A DNA stretch of 64,000 nucleotides from Patescibacteria group bacterium (GTDB taxonomy: Bacteria; Patescibacteriota; Saccharimonadia; CAILAD01; JADZBC01). Position numbers and translations under genes: made by a program. The stretch lies in contig JBPOIL010000003.1 of the NCBI GenBank assembly GCA_052034495.1, forward strand, positions 18,345 to 82,344, in the 5' to 3' direction. The first letter of the stretch is position 1; the number at the start of each line of letters is the position of its first letter. Below are positions 17,950-26,794 of this stretch, one piece after another. The notes under the pieces were generated by a model. That model was not told the origin of the DNA, made no database searches, and worked only from the letters and a program-made list of their open reading frames with translations.

Positions 17950-18993
17950 ATGCAAAAAACTGAGCAAGGTCCACAAAAGGACCCTAATTTTAAGAAGCTG
18001 CCGATGACTGTGCTCACCGGCTTTTTAGGCGCGGGCAAAACCACGCTGCTCAACTACATCCTTACTAACAACCAAGGCCTTAACATCGGCGTGGTGGTAA
18101 ACGACTATGGCGACATTAACGTTGATTCCGACCTCATTGCCGACAAAACTGACGCTAAGCTGGAGCTCACCAACGGCTGCATTTGCTGCAGTTTAGAAAC
18201 GCTCGATTTGCAAGAAGCGATTGGTCAGTTTGCCTACCAAGGTAGCCCGATCGACTACATCATTATCGAAGCGAGTGGCTTAGCAGAGCCTAAGGACCTG
18301 GCCCTAACGCTCAAAGACACCATCGGCCAACGTGTGTACCTCGATAGCATCGTTACGGTGCTTGATGCCGAGAACTTAGAAAAGAACGCCCAAGAGCACG
18401 GTACGGCGAGCGAGCAGATCGAGTTCTGCGACTTTGTGATTATTAATAAGGTCGACTTGGTGCCAACAGCTAAGGTTAAGGACATCCGTTCGTTAATCGC
18501 CAGCATTAACCCTAAGGCCCGCATATTGGAAGCTACTAAGGGCGAAGTCGAGATCCACTTACTGCTCGACCAAGATGTATTTGCTAAGCGCGAGCCAAAG
18601 TCTGAAGATGACCACGAAGAGCACACAGATCACGCCGATCACGTGCATTCCCATTACCAAACGTTCAGTTTCACGAGCGACAAGCCACTCCACCCAATGA
18701 GGTTCCAAGAGTTTGTGAACAAGCAGATTCCAACGAGTATTTACCGCGCCAAAGGCTTCGTTGATTTGGGCACCAAGGGCCACGAGCGCAAATACATCTT
18801 CCAATTGGTTGGTACACGAGCCGAAATTACCTGGGGCAACTGGGGCGGCGACGCGCCACAAACACGCCTCGTATTCATTGGTCAGGATGCCGATCAAGCA
18901 AAGATCATGGACGCATTGCAGAAGTGCGTGGACGAAGCACCCGACGAGCCACTTGATGGCATCGAAGTTCAGCTGCCCAAGAAGGCCAGCTAA
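17950..18993 (+). CDS. COG0523-family GTPase / zinc metallochaperone (CobW/ZigA/YeiR-like)
   Basis: P-loop GFLGAGKTTLLN, CxCC metal motif (GCICCSL) and a His-rich linker DDHEEHTDHADHVHSH. The ATG at 17950 has the RBS AAGGTG; the track start at 17836 overlaps the islet. Confidence 0.8.
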   Translation: MQKTEQGPQKDPNFKKLPMTVLTGFLGAGKTTLLNYILTNNQGLNIGVVVNDYGDINVDSDLIADKTDAKLELTNGCICCSLETLDLQEAIGQFAYQGSPIDYIIIEASGLAEPKDLALTLKDTIGQRVYLDSIVTVLDAENLEKNAQEHGTASEQIEFCDFVIINKVDLVPTAKVKDIRSLIASINPKARILEATKGEVEIHLLLDQDVFAKREPKSEDDHEEHTDHADHVHSHYQTFSFTSDKPLHPMRFQEFVNKQIPTSIYRAKGFVDLGTKGHERKYIFQLVGTRAEITWGNWGGDAPQTRLVFIGQDADQAKIMDALQKCVDEAPDEPLDGIEVQLPKKAS

Positions 18994-19002
18994 GGTTAAT
19001 AT

Positions 19003-20664
19003 ATGTTATTAAGCCTCGACGTCGAATCCAAACACATGGGCAACAAGCAGTTGTTGGGCGAATGCAGCATTGCCGTTAATGAGCGCGAGCGCATTGCCCT
19101 CATCGGTCGCAATGGTGTTGGTAAGTCCACCCTATTCCACTTGCTCGACGAAAGCGACAACGAATTTATTGGCACCCGGAATGCCAAAAAGGGCCTGCGC
19201 CTCATCTCTACCCGCCAAGAGCACCACGACATCGATGGCGAATCAGCCGTATCATACATCCTCTCCGAGCTGCCGCACTATAGCGAGCTCAAGCACATTA
19301 TGGAAACTTACCCAGCCACCATGGGCGACGACATGGCCAAGATCGAAGAGTACTCCCATGCGCTCGAAAAGTTCGCCGAACTCAACTTTTATAGCGTCGA
19401 AGACAAAATCATTTCCGAACTCGAGCGTTACCAAATCTCTGCCGATCTAGCCAATGGCCCACTCGGGCACTTGTCCGGTGGCCAGAAGCGCTTTGTAGAG
19501 TTGGTTAAAATCACCGAGGCTGATGCCGACGTGGTGCTGATTGATGAGCCGACCAACCACATGGACTACGTGGCCAAAGAGCAGTTCATTCGCTGGCTCA
19601 AAAACTATGACCGTAGTGTAGTGCTTATCTCTCACGATCGCGACGTACTTAAGTATGTCGATAAAATCATCGAGCTTAAAGACAAGAAGCTCTTTACCTA
19701 CCCTGGCAACTACGATGCCTACTTGGCGCAGAACAGCACCTCCACCCTGACCGGCATTGATCAGTACGAGGTAGCTCAGCGCACCCTAGAGAAGCTGCAC
19801 GCCCAGATTGTTTCGGCCCGGGCTAAGAAGGCCTCGAGCTCAAAGAACCCCAACCCATTCGTTCCAATGGAACGCCGCCTTATGAAGCAGTACGCCGAGC
19901 TTAAGGCCAATGTAGAAAAGCCATCATTCTGGATCGATCAAGACTCGGTAAGTGATATGAGCGGTAAGCTAGCCGAAAAGTATGATCGCTATAAGACCAA
20001 GAATATTTCGCTCGAAAGCGGTAAGGCCGACGCCAAGCAGGCCGAACTAACGCGTTTGCTCGACGTCCAGAACGTTTCGCTCGGCTACAGCGACCCACTA
20101 TTTAAAGATATTACCTTTTTAATGGGCTCGGGCGAGCGTGTGCAGATCCGTGGCCGTAACGGAGCTGGTAAATCTACCCTGCTAAAAACCATTATTGCCA
20201 CTACCCGGGGCGAAAAGCTCCCCGCCACCAGTTACGACGGTTTTATTGAATCCGACCATCGCTTGCGCCTTGGCGTGTACGAGCAGGAGATCGAAGCCGA
20301 GTATATGGAGGTGCCGCTGGGCGATGCTGTACTGCAGGTATACCACAAGTTGGGCATCGAAATTAACCACGAAAAGGTCGCGCGGATACTAAGCCAATAC
20401 TTGTTCCACCCCACGGGCGATGCCCGGCTCATGATCAATCAGCTGTCTGGTGGGCAAAAAGCTCGCTTCCAGTTGATCCGCATGTTCGCGCACGAACCAA
20501 ACATATTGATCCTCGATGAGCCGACCAACCATTTAGATCTCCCTTCTATCGAAGAGCTCGAGAAGTACTTAGTTAATTATCACGGCGCTATTTTATACGT
20601 ATCGCACGATAGCTACTTTACAGACAAGCTCGGTGGCAAAACGATTCAAATCGGCCGCGACTAG
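19003..20664 (+). CDS. ABC-F family ATPase (two ABC domains, no TMD; EttA/Uup-like translation factor)
   Basis: Two Walker A sites (GRNGVGKST and GRNGAGKST) and signatures LSGGQKRF and LSGGQKAR across 553 aa. Confidence 0.85.
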   Translation: MLLSLDVESKHMGNKQLLGECSIAVNERERIALIGRNGVGKSTLFHLLDESDNEFIGTRNAKKGLRLISTRQEHHDIDGESAVSYILSELPHYSELKHIMETYPATMGDDMAKIEEYSHALEKFAELNFYSVEDKIISELERYQISADLANGPLGHLSGGQKRFVELVKITEADADVVLIDEPTNHMDYVAKEQFIRWLKNYDRSVVLISHDRDVLKYVDKIIELKDKKLFTYPGNYDAYLAQNSTSTLTGIDQYEVAQRTLEKLHAQIVSARAKKASSSKNPNPFVPMERRLMKQYAELKANVEKPSFWIDQDSVSDMSGKLAEKYDRYKTKNISLESGKADAKQAELTRLLDVQNVSLGYSDPLFKDITFLMGSGERVQIRGRNGAGKSTLLKTIIATTRGEKLPATSYDGFIESDHRLRLGVYEQEIEAEYMEVPLGDAVLQVYHKLGIEINHEKVARILSQYLFHPTGDARLMINQLSGGQKARFQLIRMFAHEPNILILDEPTNHLDLPSIEELEKYLVNYHGAILYVSHDSYFTDKLGGKTIQIGRD

Positions 20665-21106
20665 AAGAGATAATTACTGTGCTGCAGTAGGTGGATGAGG
20701 CTCGAGCAGCGATGCCCTTACCTCACCCACCCACCGACGGTCTTGCCAATTGGCACTCGAACCAGCGAGCAGATTCTGCCCTTTCAAGCGTGGCTGCTTC
20801 TAAGCCAGGCTACTGGATGTCTTGGCGCCCTTCGACAAGAAGAGTGTTCATGGTTCCGATCGGCCCGGATGGCCACGACGTAAGCCTCGTTGTTACCGCT
20901 ATCAGCTGGCAACGAGATTGGTGTGTGCTTGTTTCCCCAGTCGACAAGGAGCTACCGATCACACCTACGGCTGCTTGGTGGACGTTCCACCGGTGTTACC
21001 GCAAGCGGTTACTGCAATATTGTAGCATAGGATCAAGAGCTTGTTTGAATAATAACGTTGGTGGCACTCGATGGTGCGTGAATGCACACCATCGAGGCCG
21101 GTTGGC

Positions 21107-21574
21107 CTACTTGCTGTCCTCGTCTGGGACGTCGGGGGCGGGTGCCCAGACGATGATCACGTGGTCCGTGCAGTGCCTGCTGGTGACCACGTCGAGGGCC
21201 GCCGGTGCGGCACGCCAGGCGACCCTGTAGCCGTCCTGCACGAGCATCTGCTCCACGAAGTCCTGCTCGCCCGAGGACAGGCGCACAGTCACTGTGACCT
21301 TGTGATCCGGGTCCTGAGCGGCGATGATCTCCTGCCGGATGGCGTCGGTGATCTTGGCGAACTCCAGCTCCAGGCTGTTGGGCTCGTGGGCGGCCAGCCA
21401 GCGCGCGCGGTAGGCGCTTGGCAGGTCGGACGCGAAGTAGCTGAGTCGAGCGTCGCTGGGCACCTCGCGCAGAGCGGATGCCATGTCTTCCGCGAGGTTC
21501 ACACCCCCTGCTTCTCTCACCAGCTGCTGCCAGGCTTCGTTGCTCTCCCACACTGGGGCTTCGTCATCGTGCAT
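21107..21574 (-). CDS. High-GC islet gene: 155-aa hypothetical acidic protein
   Basis: ATG at 21572-21574 with the RBS AAGGAG seven nt upstream. The + strand ORFs (21071-21589) and the minus ORF 21033-21551 are Arg/Gly-rich antisense artefacts. Confidence 0.45.
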   Translation of the reverse strand: MHDDEAPVWESNEAWQQLVREAGGVNLAEDMASALREVPSDARLSYFASDLPSAYRARWLAAHEPNSLELEFAKITDAIRQEIIAAQDPDHKVTVTVRLSSGEQDFVEQMLVQDGYRVAWRAAPAALDVVTSRHCTDHVIIVWAPAPDVPDEDSK

Positions 21575-22068
21575 GTGCACACTCCTTGATCGGTTGTAGG
21601 CCAAACCCCATTATGCCTTGCTGCGAATAGGCCCGCAAGCATGATCTTTGTAGCTCTCCCCCGTGACATTCGAATATCCTGGACGTGGTTCGGAGTACTC
21701 AGAACAGAACGCTCGAGGATTGTCTGAGTCTGGCCCCAGGCGAGTCCCGTAGAGCACTTCTGTTTGAGTACGGAGAAGCACCGCCAAGAGATGAGCCCCA
21801 TGTCGCAAATACTTTTGACTACTTTTGGTATGTTCAAAAGTAGTAGGTATTGATTGTTTAGATTAAGTTACTTGTTCTTTTGAAAGGGCCAAAAGAACCT
21901 AAAGCCCTTCCGGCCATTGTCCTCGCATCAAGTGGTTCATTCAAGAAGAAATATATGGATTGATCTGCGGGGTTCGCTTGGATGCCAAGCTCTGCAATCC
22001 TCACTCATCCTTATATTCTTCTTTCACTCACGTCTTAAGCTGCGGGTGGCCGGGGCGGCAGTAAAGGC

Positions 22069-23349
22069 TTATTCCCCAGCGATGGCGTGCTTACCAAGCC
22101 GTAGCGGCGACTTCCATACACTACCATTCTCTGGCTCACCGAGTAGCCGTTGTGGCCGAACCAAGCAGCGGATAATTGCAACGATCTGCACCACGTTCAT
22201 AATGTAGAACACGAAATACATTGCCGGCACGTACAAGCTCAGGCTGGCTTTGCGTTTGGCGCTAATATGCTCGTCCGACCAAAGGGTGATCAGAATAATG
22301 CCCGAGATCGCCATGTAGGCGCCGAATAGTAGCCCGAAGGACAGCTGAGAAACTGACAGCGCCACCAGGTATAGCACGATGAGTGGTTCAATTATGAGGA
22401 GTATTTCTGCCAGGAACGCCATCGGCAGGCGGTAAAACGTTAGCATCTTACTGTATTGATTTGAACGCGCGAATGTAAGCCGCCGGAACTTAATGAGGTT
22501 CTGCAAGCTGCCAAGCTTCCAGCGATAGCGCTGGCTCATAAGAGCCCTGAAGCTTTGTACGCCTTCCGTCATGGCCAAGATGTCGGCACCGTAAACAATG
22601 CGGTGGTTCTTGTTGCCGAGCGCAGCTATCTTAAGGCTCAAGCTAATGTCTTCGGTGGCCGAATCAGTGTCGTAATGACCCACGCGCGACATCACGCTAC
22701 GGCGAAAAGTCGACGCCACCCCGCCGACAATAAATTCGCTATTAGTAATTGAATAAAACTTTTTGGACCGGTAGCCAATCATATGCTCAAAGCGCTGCAG
22801 TAGGCCGAGCACGCTGGCTTGGTGCAGAATGCGCACGTTGGCGGCTACACCCGCAACTTTAGGGTCGTCAAAGTAGCGCACCGCGCGGGAAATGGCATGG
22901 CGGTCAATGAACGAATCGGCGTCTAGCGTCATGACCAGTTCCCCGCGCGCGTAGCGGCGCAATGCTGAATTGAGCGCACGCGCCTTCCCGACGTTTTTAT
23001 GTTTGCTGACCAGCTGGAAACTTCGGGTAGGGTGCTTGGCTATGTAGGCCTCTACAATCTTGCGCGTATCGTCGGTCGAGGCATCGTTTACAATAACCAC
23101 TTGGGTTTTGCGATAGGTATTTACCCGAATCGATTCCAGACAACGCACAATGGTTAGTGCTTCATTATGGGCAGGTACCAAGACTGTTACGAGTGGTACG
23201 GCACGGTGCTTGCGGCGTTTGCCGCCACTATGCTGCTTCATAGCCCGCACGTCGTATATATTCGCACCGACCAAATAAAAGCCATAGTGTAGCATGCTGA
23301 TAATACTTAGCGTCACAAACAAATAGAATACAACTACGCCGATACTCAC
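22069..23349 (-). CDS. Processive family-2 glycosyltransferase (cellulose/PNAG/chitin-synthase-like, QxxRW)
   Basis: Multi-TM protein with DxD (TLDADS), VNDASTDDT and QRYRWKLGS (QxxRW) motifs; 4-nt overlap with the sortase upstream. Confidence 0.8.
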   Translation of the reverse strand: MSIGVVVFYLFVTLSIISMLHYGFYLVGANIYDVRAMKQHSGGKRRKHRAVPLVTVLVPAHNEALTIVRCLESIRVNTYRKTQVVIVNDASTDDTRKIVEAYIAKHPTRSFQLVSKHKNVGKARALNSALRRYARGELVMTLDADSFIDRHAISRAVRYFDDPKVAGVAANVRILHQASVLGLLQRFEHMIGYRSKKFYSITNSEFIVGGVASTFRRSVMSRVGHYDTDSATEDISLSLKIAALGNKNHRIVYGADILAMTEGVQSFRALMSQRYRWKLGSLQNLIKFRRLTFARSNQYSKMLTFYRLPMAFLAEILLIIEPLIVLYLVALSVSQLSFGLLFGAYMAISGIILITLWSDEHISAKRKASLSLYVPAMYFVFYIMNVVQIVAIIRCLVRPQRLLGEPENGSVWKSPLRLGKHAIAGE

Positions 23350-23924
23350 TCCTCTACCCTCGTCAGCTTAAATGATACGAGCAGTCGGTTCTGATCCCAT
23401 GTCCCCGAACATGTCTGCACGGTCAGGATGGGTGGCCCTGTGTAATAAAACAAGCGGTCATCATAGGGGTTGGTCTCGTAACGCGAGCTCATGGTGTATA
23501 CGAACCGATGGCCGCCTTCACCCAGCAGAATGAATTCATCGCCCTCGGCGAGTTCGCTCAGTCGGCCAAACACTGCCGGGTAGTTGTGTGCGTAAATAAA
23601 TGTGTTACCTTCTTTATTGTTGGCGCGCGGCGTAATGGTCGCCCACTGCGCACGCGTGTTGCTCAGGTTCCAAGTTTTTGATACGGGGTTATAGAATCCC
23701 TCATCGATTTCCAAGAACAAATTCAGCTTTGGCACATATAAGCCAACTGGCCGCTCGGCTACTTTGTAGGTAACTGCGCCGGAGGATTTTGTTGCTGCGG
23801 TTGGCGCAGCGGCAGGCTTGGGTTGACGTGGGCTGAAGAGCTGGCTGTCTGCCTGGGCAGATAACACGAACCCGCCACCCAGGATCAGTGCTATGCCAAT
23901 GGTAAGAATCAATATACGTTTCAT
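23346..23924 (-). CDS. Sortase family transpeptidase (small, N-terminally membrane anchored)
   Basis: Signal/anchor MKRILILTIGIALILGGGFVLSA; catalytic His in IYAHNYPAVFGRL, Cys in LTVQTCSG (TLxTC) and downstream Arg (KLTR). Confidence 0.7.
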   Translation of the reverse strand: MKRILILTIGIALILGGGFVLSAQADSQLFSPRQPKPAAAPTAATKSSGAVTYKVAERPVGLYVPKLNLFLEIDEGFYNPVSKTWNLSNTRAQWATITPRANNKEGNTFIYAHNYPAVFGRLSELAEGDEFILLGEGGHRFVYTMSSRYETNPYDDRLFYYTGPPILTVQTCSGTWDQNRLLVSFKLTRVEE

Positions 23925-23960
23925 GATAATTCCTGCTAGAGCCCTCCACTCTAGTCCGGC

Positions 23961-24167
23961 TTACTTGTAAGCCTTGTGTGCCATACTGCGCCAAACTGTG
24001 CTGGCTACAATGGCAGTGCCGACTGCGATGCTAACGGCCGCTAGGGCGTCGATCATCCACAGTGCACCGGTATTTGGTAGAACGATTGCTGCTGTGGTTG
24101 TAGCTGCTGCAACTGCACCAGCGCCACCACTTGTGCCACCGCCCCCACCACCCATACCTCCGTACAT
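23961..24167 (-). CDS. 68-aa Gly/Ala/Thr-rich mini-protein ending in a complete sortase sorting signal (LPNTG, hydrophobic span, RSMAHKAYK)
   Basis: Strong RBS GAAGGAGG five nt before the ATG. The C-terminus is LPNTGALWMIDALAAVSIAVGTAIVASTVW followed by a basic tail; no N-terminal signal peptide. It is the first gene of a peptide-sortase-GT2 operon. Confidence 0.6.
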   Translation of the reverse strand: MYGGMGGGGGGTSGGAGAVAAATTTAAIVLPNTGALWMIDALAAVSIAVGTAIVASTVWRSMAHKAYK

Positions 24168-24324
24168 GGTGACCTCCTTCGGGCATTAAAAAAGAGGGCA
24201 ATTGCGCGACCATTTACCACCTAAGTGACAAATGAATCAGGCAATTCACCCTCTGATATCCATAATACGCCCTACTTGCTATCAAGTAAACAACATTGTA
24301 TAACTGCTTATGCTTCAGGCTAGG

Positions 24325-26049
24325 TTATGGCTTTGCGAACCAGCGTACGGAATCAATGTGGCCACTTGTTCCGCTGTTGCCAGCTACGATCATTTGCCAG
24401 CTTGCCTTGGCAACGGCCGCGCTCGTCGGCGTGTAGTCAAAGCTATAGTCTCCGCTGTAGGTCTGCCCTATGCTGGCCTTGTACTGGCCACTTATCCAGT
24501 TGCCCGCTGCGTCGTATTCGTCGATGTAGAAGCCCACTACCCCGCTCGTAATTGCCTCAACTGATAACCACTGTTTAATCTGGTATGTTTTTGTAGCTTC
24601 CAAACGAACGACTGGCGAGAATAGATGGCTATTGGCCGCGGTCGCTGTAAAGGCCATTGCTGACTGGTTGGGCTGACCGCCTAGCGTTGCGATAACTGCC
24701 GATATGCTCGACGGGCTGCCTGTGCGCCAGCCATCACTCAGTCCGCCCTCGAAGCCGCCATTTGGCATTATGTTTACCGGTTCTGGAGTTGGTTCGGGCA
24801 CAGGCGGTGGGGTAACTTCTCGACCCTGGCTGATCCACTGGACGTTATCTATGAATGCCTTCGCGCCAGAGTTGGCAGTGACAAACACTTGCAAGCGAGC
24901 CTGAGCTACTGCAATCGAGGTTGGTACGTATTCAAAGTTGAGGTTCTCTACAAACACGCTGTTTTCGCCGCGCTTATATTGACCACTAATCCAGTTGCCG
25001 GCCGCGTCGTATTCATCGATGTAGAAGCCGACTTCCCCACTGGCAATCCGTACTACGTTCAAGAAGCTCTTAATTACGTAGGCCTGCCCGGCCTGGATAT
25101 CGACTTTGGGCGCAAACAAATGCTTGTTGGTGGTACCACTATTTATCTCGGTTGATTGTGCAGCATTCGGATAGCTCCCCTTGTTTTGGGTATTCGGCTT
25201 AATGAGTGCTGGTGCGTCAGTTGTCCAGCCAGCTCCAAGCCCACTCGTGAAGTCGCCATTCGGTAGTAAGTTTTGCCCACTCGCCAACCCGCGACTCACG
25301 GTCGTGGACGCTACCCCTTGTGCTGCCGCATAGGCCGCAATTGCCTCTAGGTCGGCACTGCTGTATTGAAAGTCGTTCGGATCAGCGCTTGGCGTGGGGC
25401 TAATGTCGTGGAAGGCCAAGATCAGCCACAGATTATTAGCCTTGGCGTGGTCGATGTAGCTCTTTACTTGATCAACCGACACCCCGGCCTGGACTTGCTG
25501 CACATAGAGCAAGTAGTCGTTGTATGGGAAGCTATTGTAGCCGGTGTCGGCAAAGCCGCGGTGCGATGAGTAGCTGCGTGCTACGGCTGCAACTACGTTA
25601 TTGTTGTAATCGCCGTACGGTGAGCAGTAGGCATCGGCCGTAATGCCGCGGCTGGTTAGGGCGTTCTTGCTATTAATGAGTTCTTGGCTTACCTTGGCGG
25701 CCGTAAGCGTAGTCATAGCCTTGTGCGTTACAGTATGGCTACCGACTTCCCAGCCGTATTGGTCTTGCAAAGCTTTAATCTGTGTCCAGTTCATAAACCC
25801 AAAGCTTTTTTCGACCGGGCATTGTTTGGTCGGGGTGCCCACGCAGCTTGTTATAGGATAGCTGGTACCAACCAAGCCGTACTTGGCGAGCGTCGGTGCG
25901 GCTATAGCAAAGGTGCTTCTAAACCCGTCGTCGAAGGTAAAGCTGACCTGGGCGCTCGCCTGCGTCGCAGCATGTGCGCTCGGAGCAGCTACACTTAATA
26001 CCGCCACCCAGGCCAGGCTGATTATGATTTGTGCGAATCGCTTTTTCAT
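24325..26049 (-). CDS. Secreted carbohydrate esterase family 4 (NodB) polysaccharide deacetylase with two tandem C-terminal CBM-like jelly-roll repeats
   Basis: Signal peptide MKKRFAQIIISLAWVAVLSVAAPSAHA; CE4 motifs TFDDGF and HTVTH; two ~140-aa repeats (NGDFTSGLGAGW...GFYIDEYDAAGNWISGQYK and NGGFEGGLSDGW...GFYIDEYDAAGNWISGQYK) that are also ~90% identical at DNA level over short stretches. Confidence 0.75.
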   Translation of the reverse strand: MKKRFAQIIISLAWVAVLSVAAPSAHAATQASAQVSFTFDDGFRSTFAIAAPTLAKYGLVGTSYPITSCVGTPTKQCPVEKSFGFMNWTQIKALQDQYGWEVGSHTVTHKAMTTLTAAKVSQELINSKNALTSRGITADAYCSPYGDYNNNVVAAVARSYSSHRGFADTGYNSFPYNDYLLYVQQVQAGVSVDQVKSYIDHAKANNLWLILAFHDISPTPSADPNDFQYSSADLEAIAAYAAAQGVASTTVSRGLASGQNLLPNGDFTSGLGAGWTTDAPALIKPNTQNKGSYPNAAQSTEINSGTTNKHLFAPKVDIQAGQAYVIKSFLNVVRIASGEVGFYIDEYDAAGNWISGQYKRGENSVFVENLNFEYVPTSIAVAQARLQVFVTANSGAKAFIDNVQWISQGREVTPPPVPEPTPEPVNIMPNGGFEGGLSDGWRTGSPSSISAVIATLGGQPNQSAMAFTATAANSHLFSPVVRLEATKTYQIKQWLSVEAITSGVVGFYIDEYDAAGNWISGQYKASIGQTYSGDYSFDYTPTSAAVAKASWQMIVAGNSGTSGHIDSVRWFAKP

Positions 26050-26230
26050 TTTGTTTACACGCGTCGTTTATCCCGGCGCTTCCTTATGACCTAATTATCA
26101 AACTGGATCTGCCATACTGCAAGCTTGAGTGGATTGCTGCAGAATAAAAACTTTAAAACAGAAGAAGCCCACGGGGTCGGACCAATTGGTCTTCTTCCGT
26201 GGGCTTGATGCTCAGTGCCCACTGTTGGCG

Positions 26231-26665
26231 TCACGCCATGTACTCGGCGAGCACGCGCTCGTGCTCCCGGCGGTAGTACTCATCGCTGCCTGGGGCAACC
26301 ATGAGACTCCCGGGTGAACGCCAGATCTCCCTGGCGGTCAGGCCGATCACGATCGGAGATGCGAACCCTGCGTAGAAGCAGAGCGTGATCATCCAGCCGA
26401 AGGGCCAGACGTCACTCCGCATCTGCGCGAGCACCTGCTGGCACTCCTCCATCCCGAAGCGAACGACGGGGTTCAGGGTACCGATGGCGATGGCGACGGT
26501 GCCGATGGTCAGGTACGCCCAGCGCCAGATGTGGCGGGACTTGTTGCTGGCCAGGGCGCCGAGGATCATCCGGGCCCCGACGATCCCGACCGCGACTGCG
26601 GCGAGGAAGAGGGCGATGAACACGCCATCCTGGACCTTGCTGGAAACTTCTTGGACTGCGAGCAT
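26231..26665 (-). CDS. High-GC islet gene: 144-aa polytopic membrane protein
   Basis: ATG at 26663-26665 with the RBS GCAGGAGGAGCAGGA; about four hydrophobic helices; high GC3. Confidence 0.5.
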   Translation of the reverse strand: MLAVQEVSSKVQDGVFIALFLAAVAVGIVGARMILGALASNKSRHIWRWAYLTIGTVAIAIGTLNPVVRFGMEECQQVLAQMRSDVWPFGWMITLCFYAGFASPIVIGLTAREIWRSPGSLMVAPGSDEYYRREHERVLAEYMA

Positions 26666-26794
26666 TCCTGCTCCTCCTGCGTGTTGTGTGAGTGGGTCAA
26701 TGAACTCAGCACATATTAACATGCTTATGCTAAATTGTCAAGCCAATGATTGCTACATCTCTTTACCCTAAATTTTCGAGAATTGCCATGCAGT

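Noticed and set aside
20690-21100. tmRNA, RNase P RNA or tRNA in the GC-rich non-coding stretch
   Set aside because: No tRNA-like acceptor/T-arm, no RNase P CR-I/CR-V motifs and no tmRNA resume-codon context were recognisable. It is left as an unexplained element.
21033-21589. 172-aa + and minus-strand ORFs rich in Arg, Gly, His and Pro inside the 20.7-21.6 kb islet
   Set aside because: Compositionally typical of out-of-frame high-GC sequence. The 155-aa minus frame has a consensus RBS and sensible composition.
24168-24324. GGGCAATTGC palindrome with a T-run on the minus strand as an attenuator upstream of the LPNTG peptide gene
   Set aside because: The stem is only 4-8 bp and imperfect, too weak to call a terminator.
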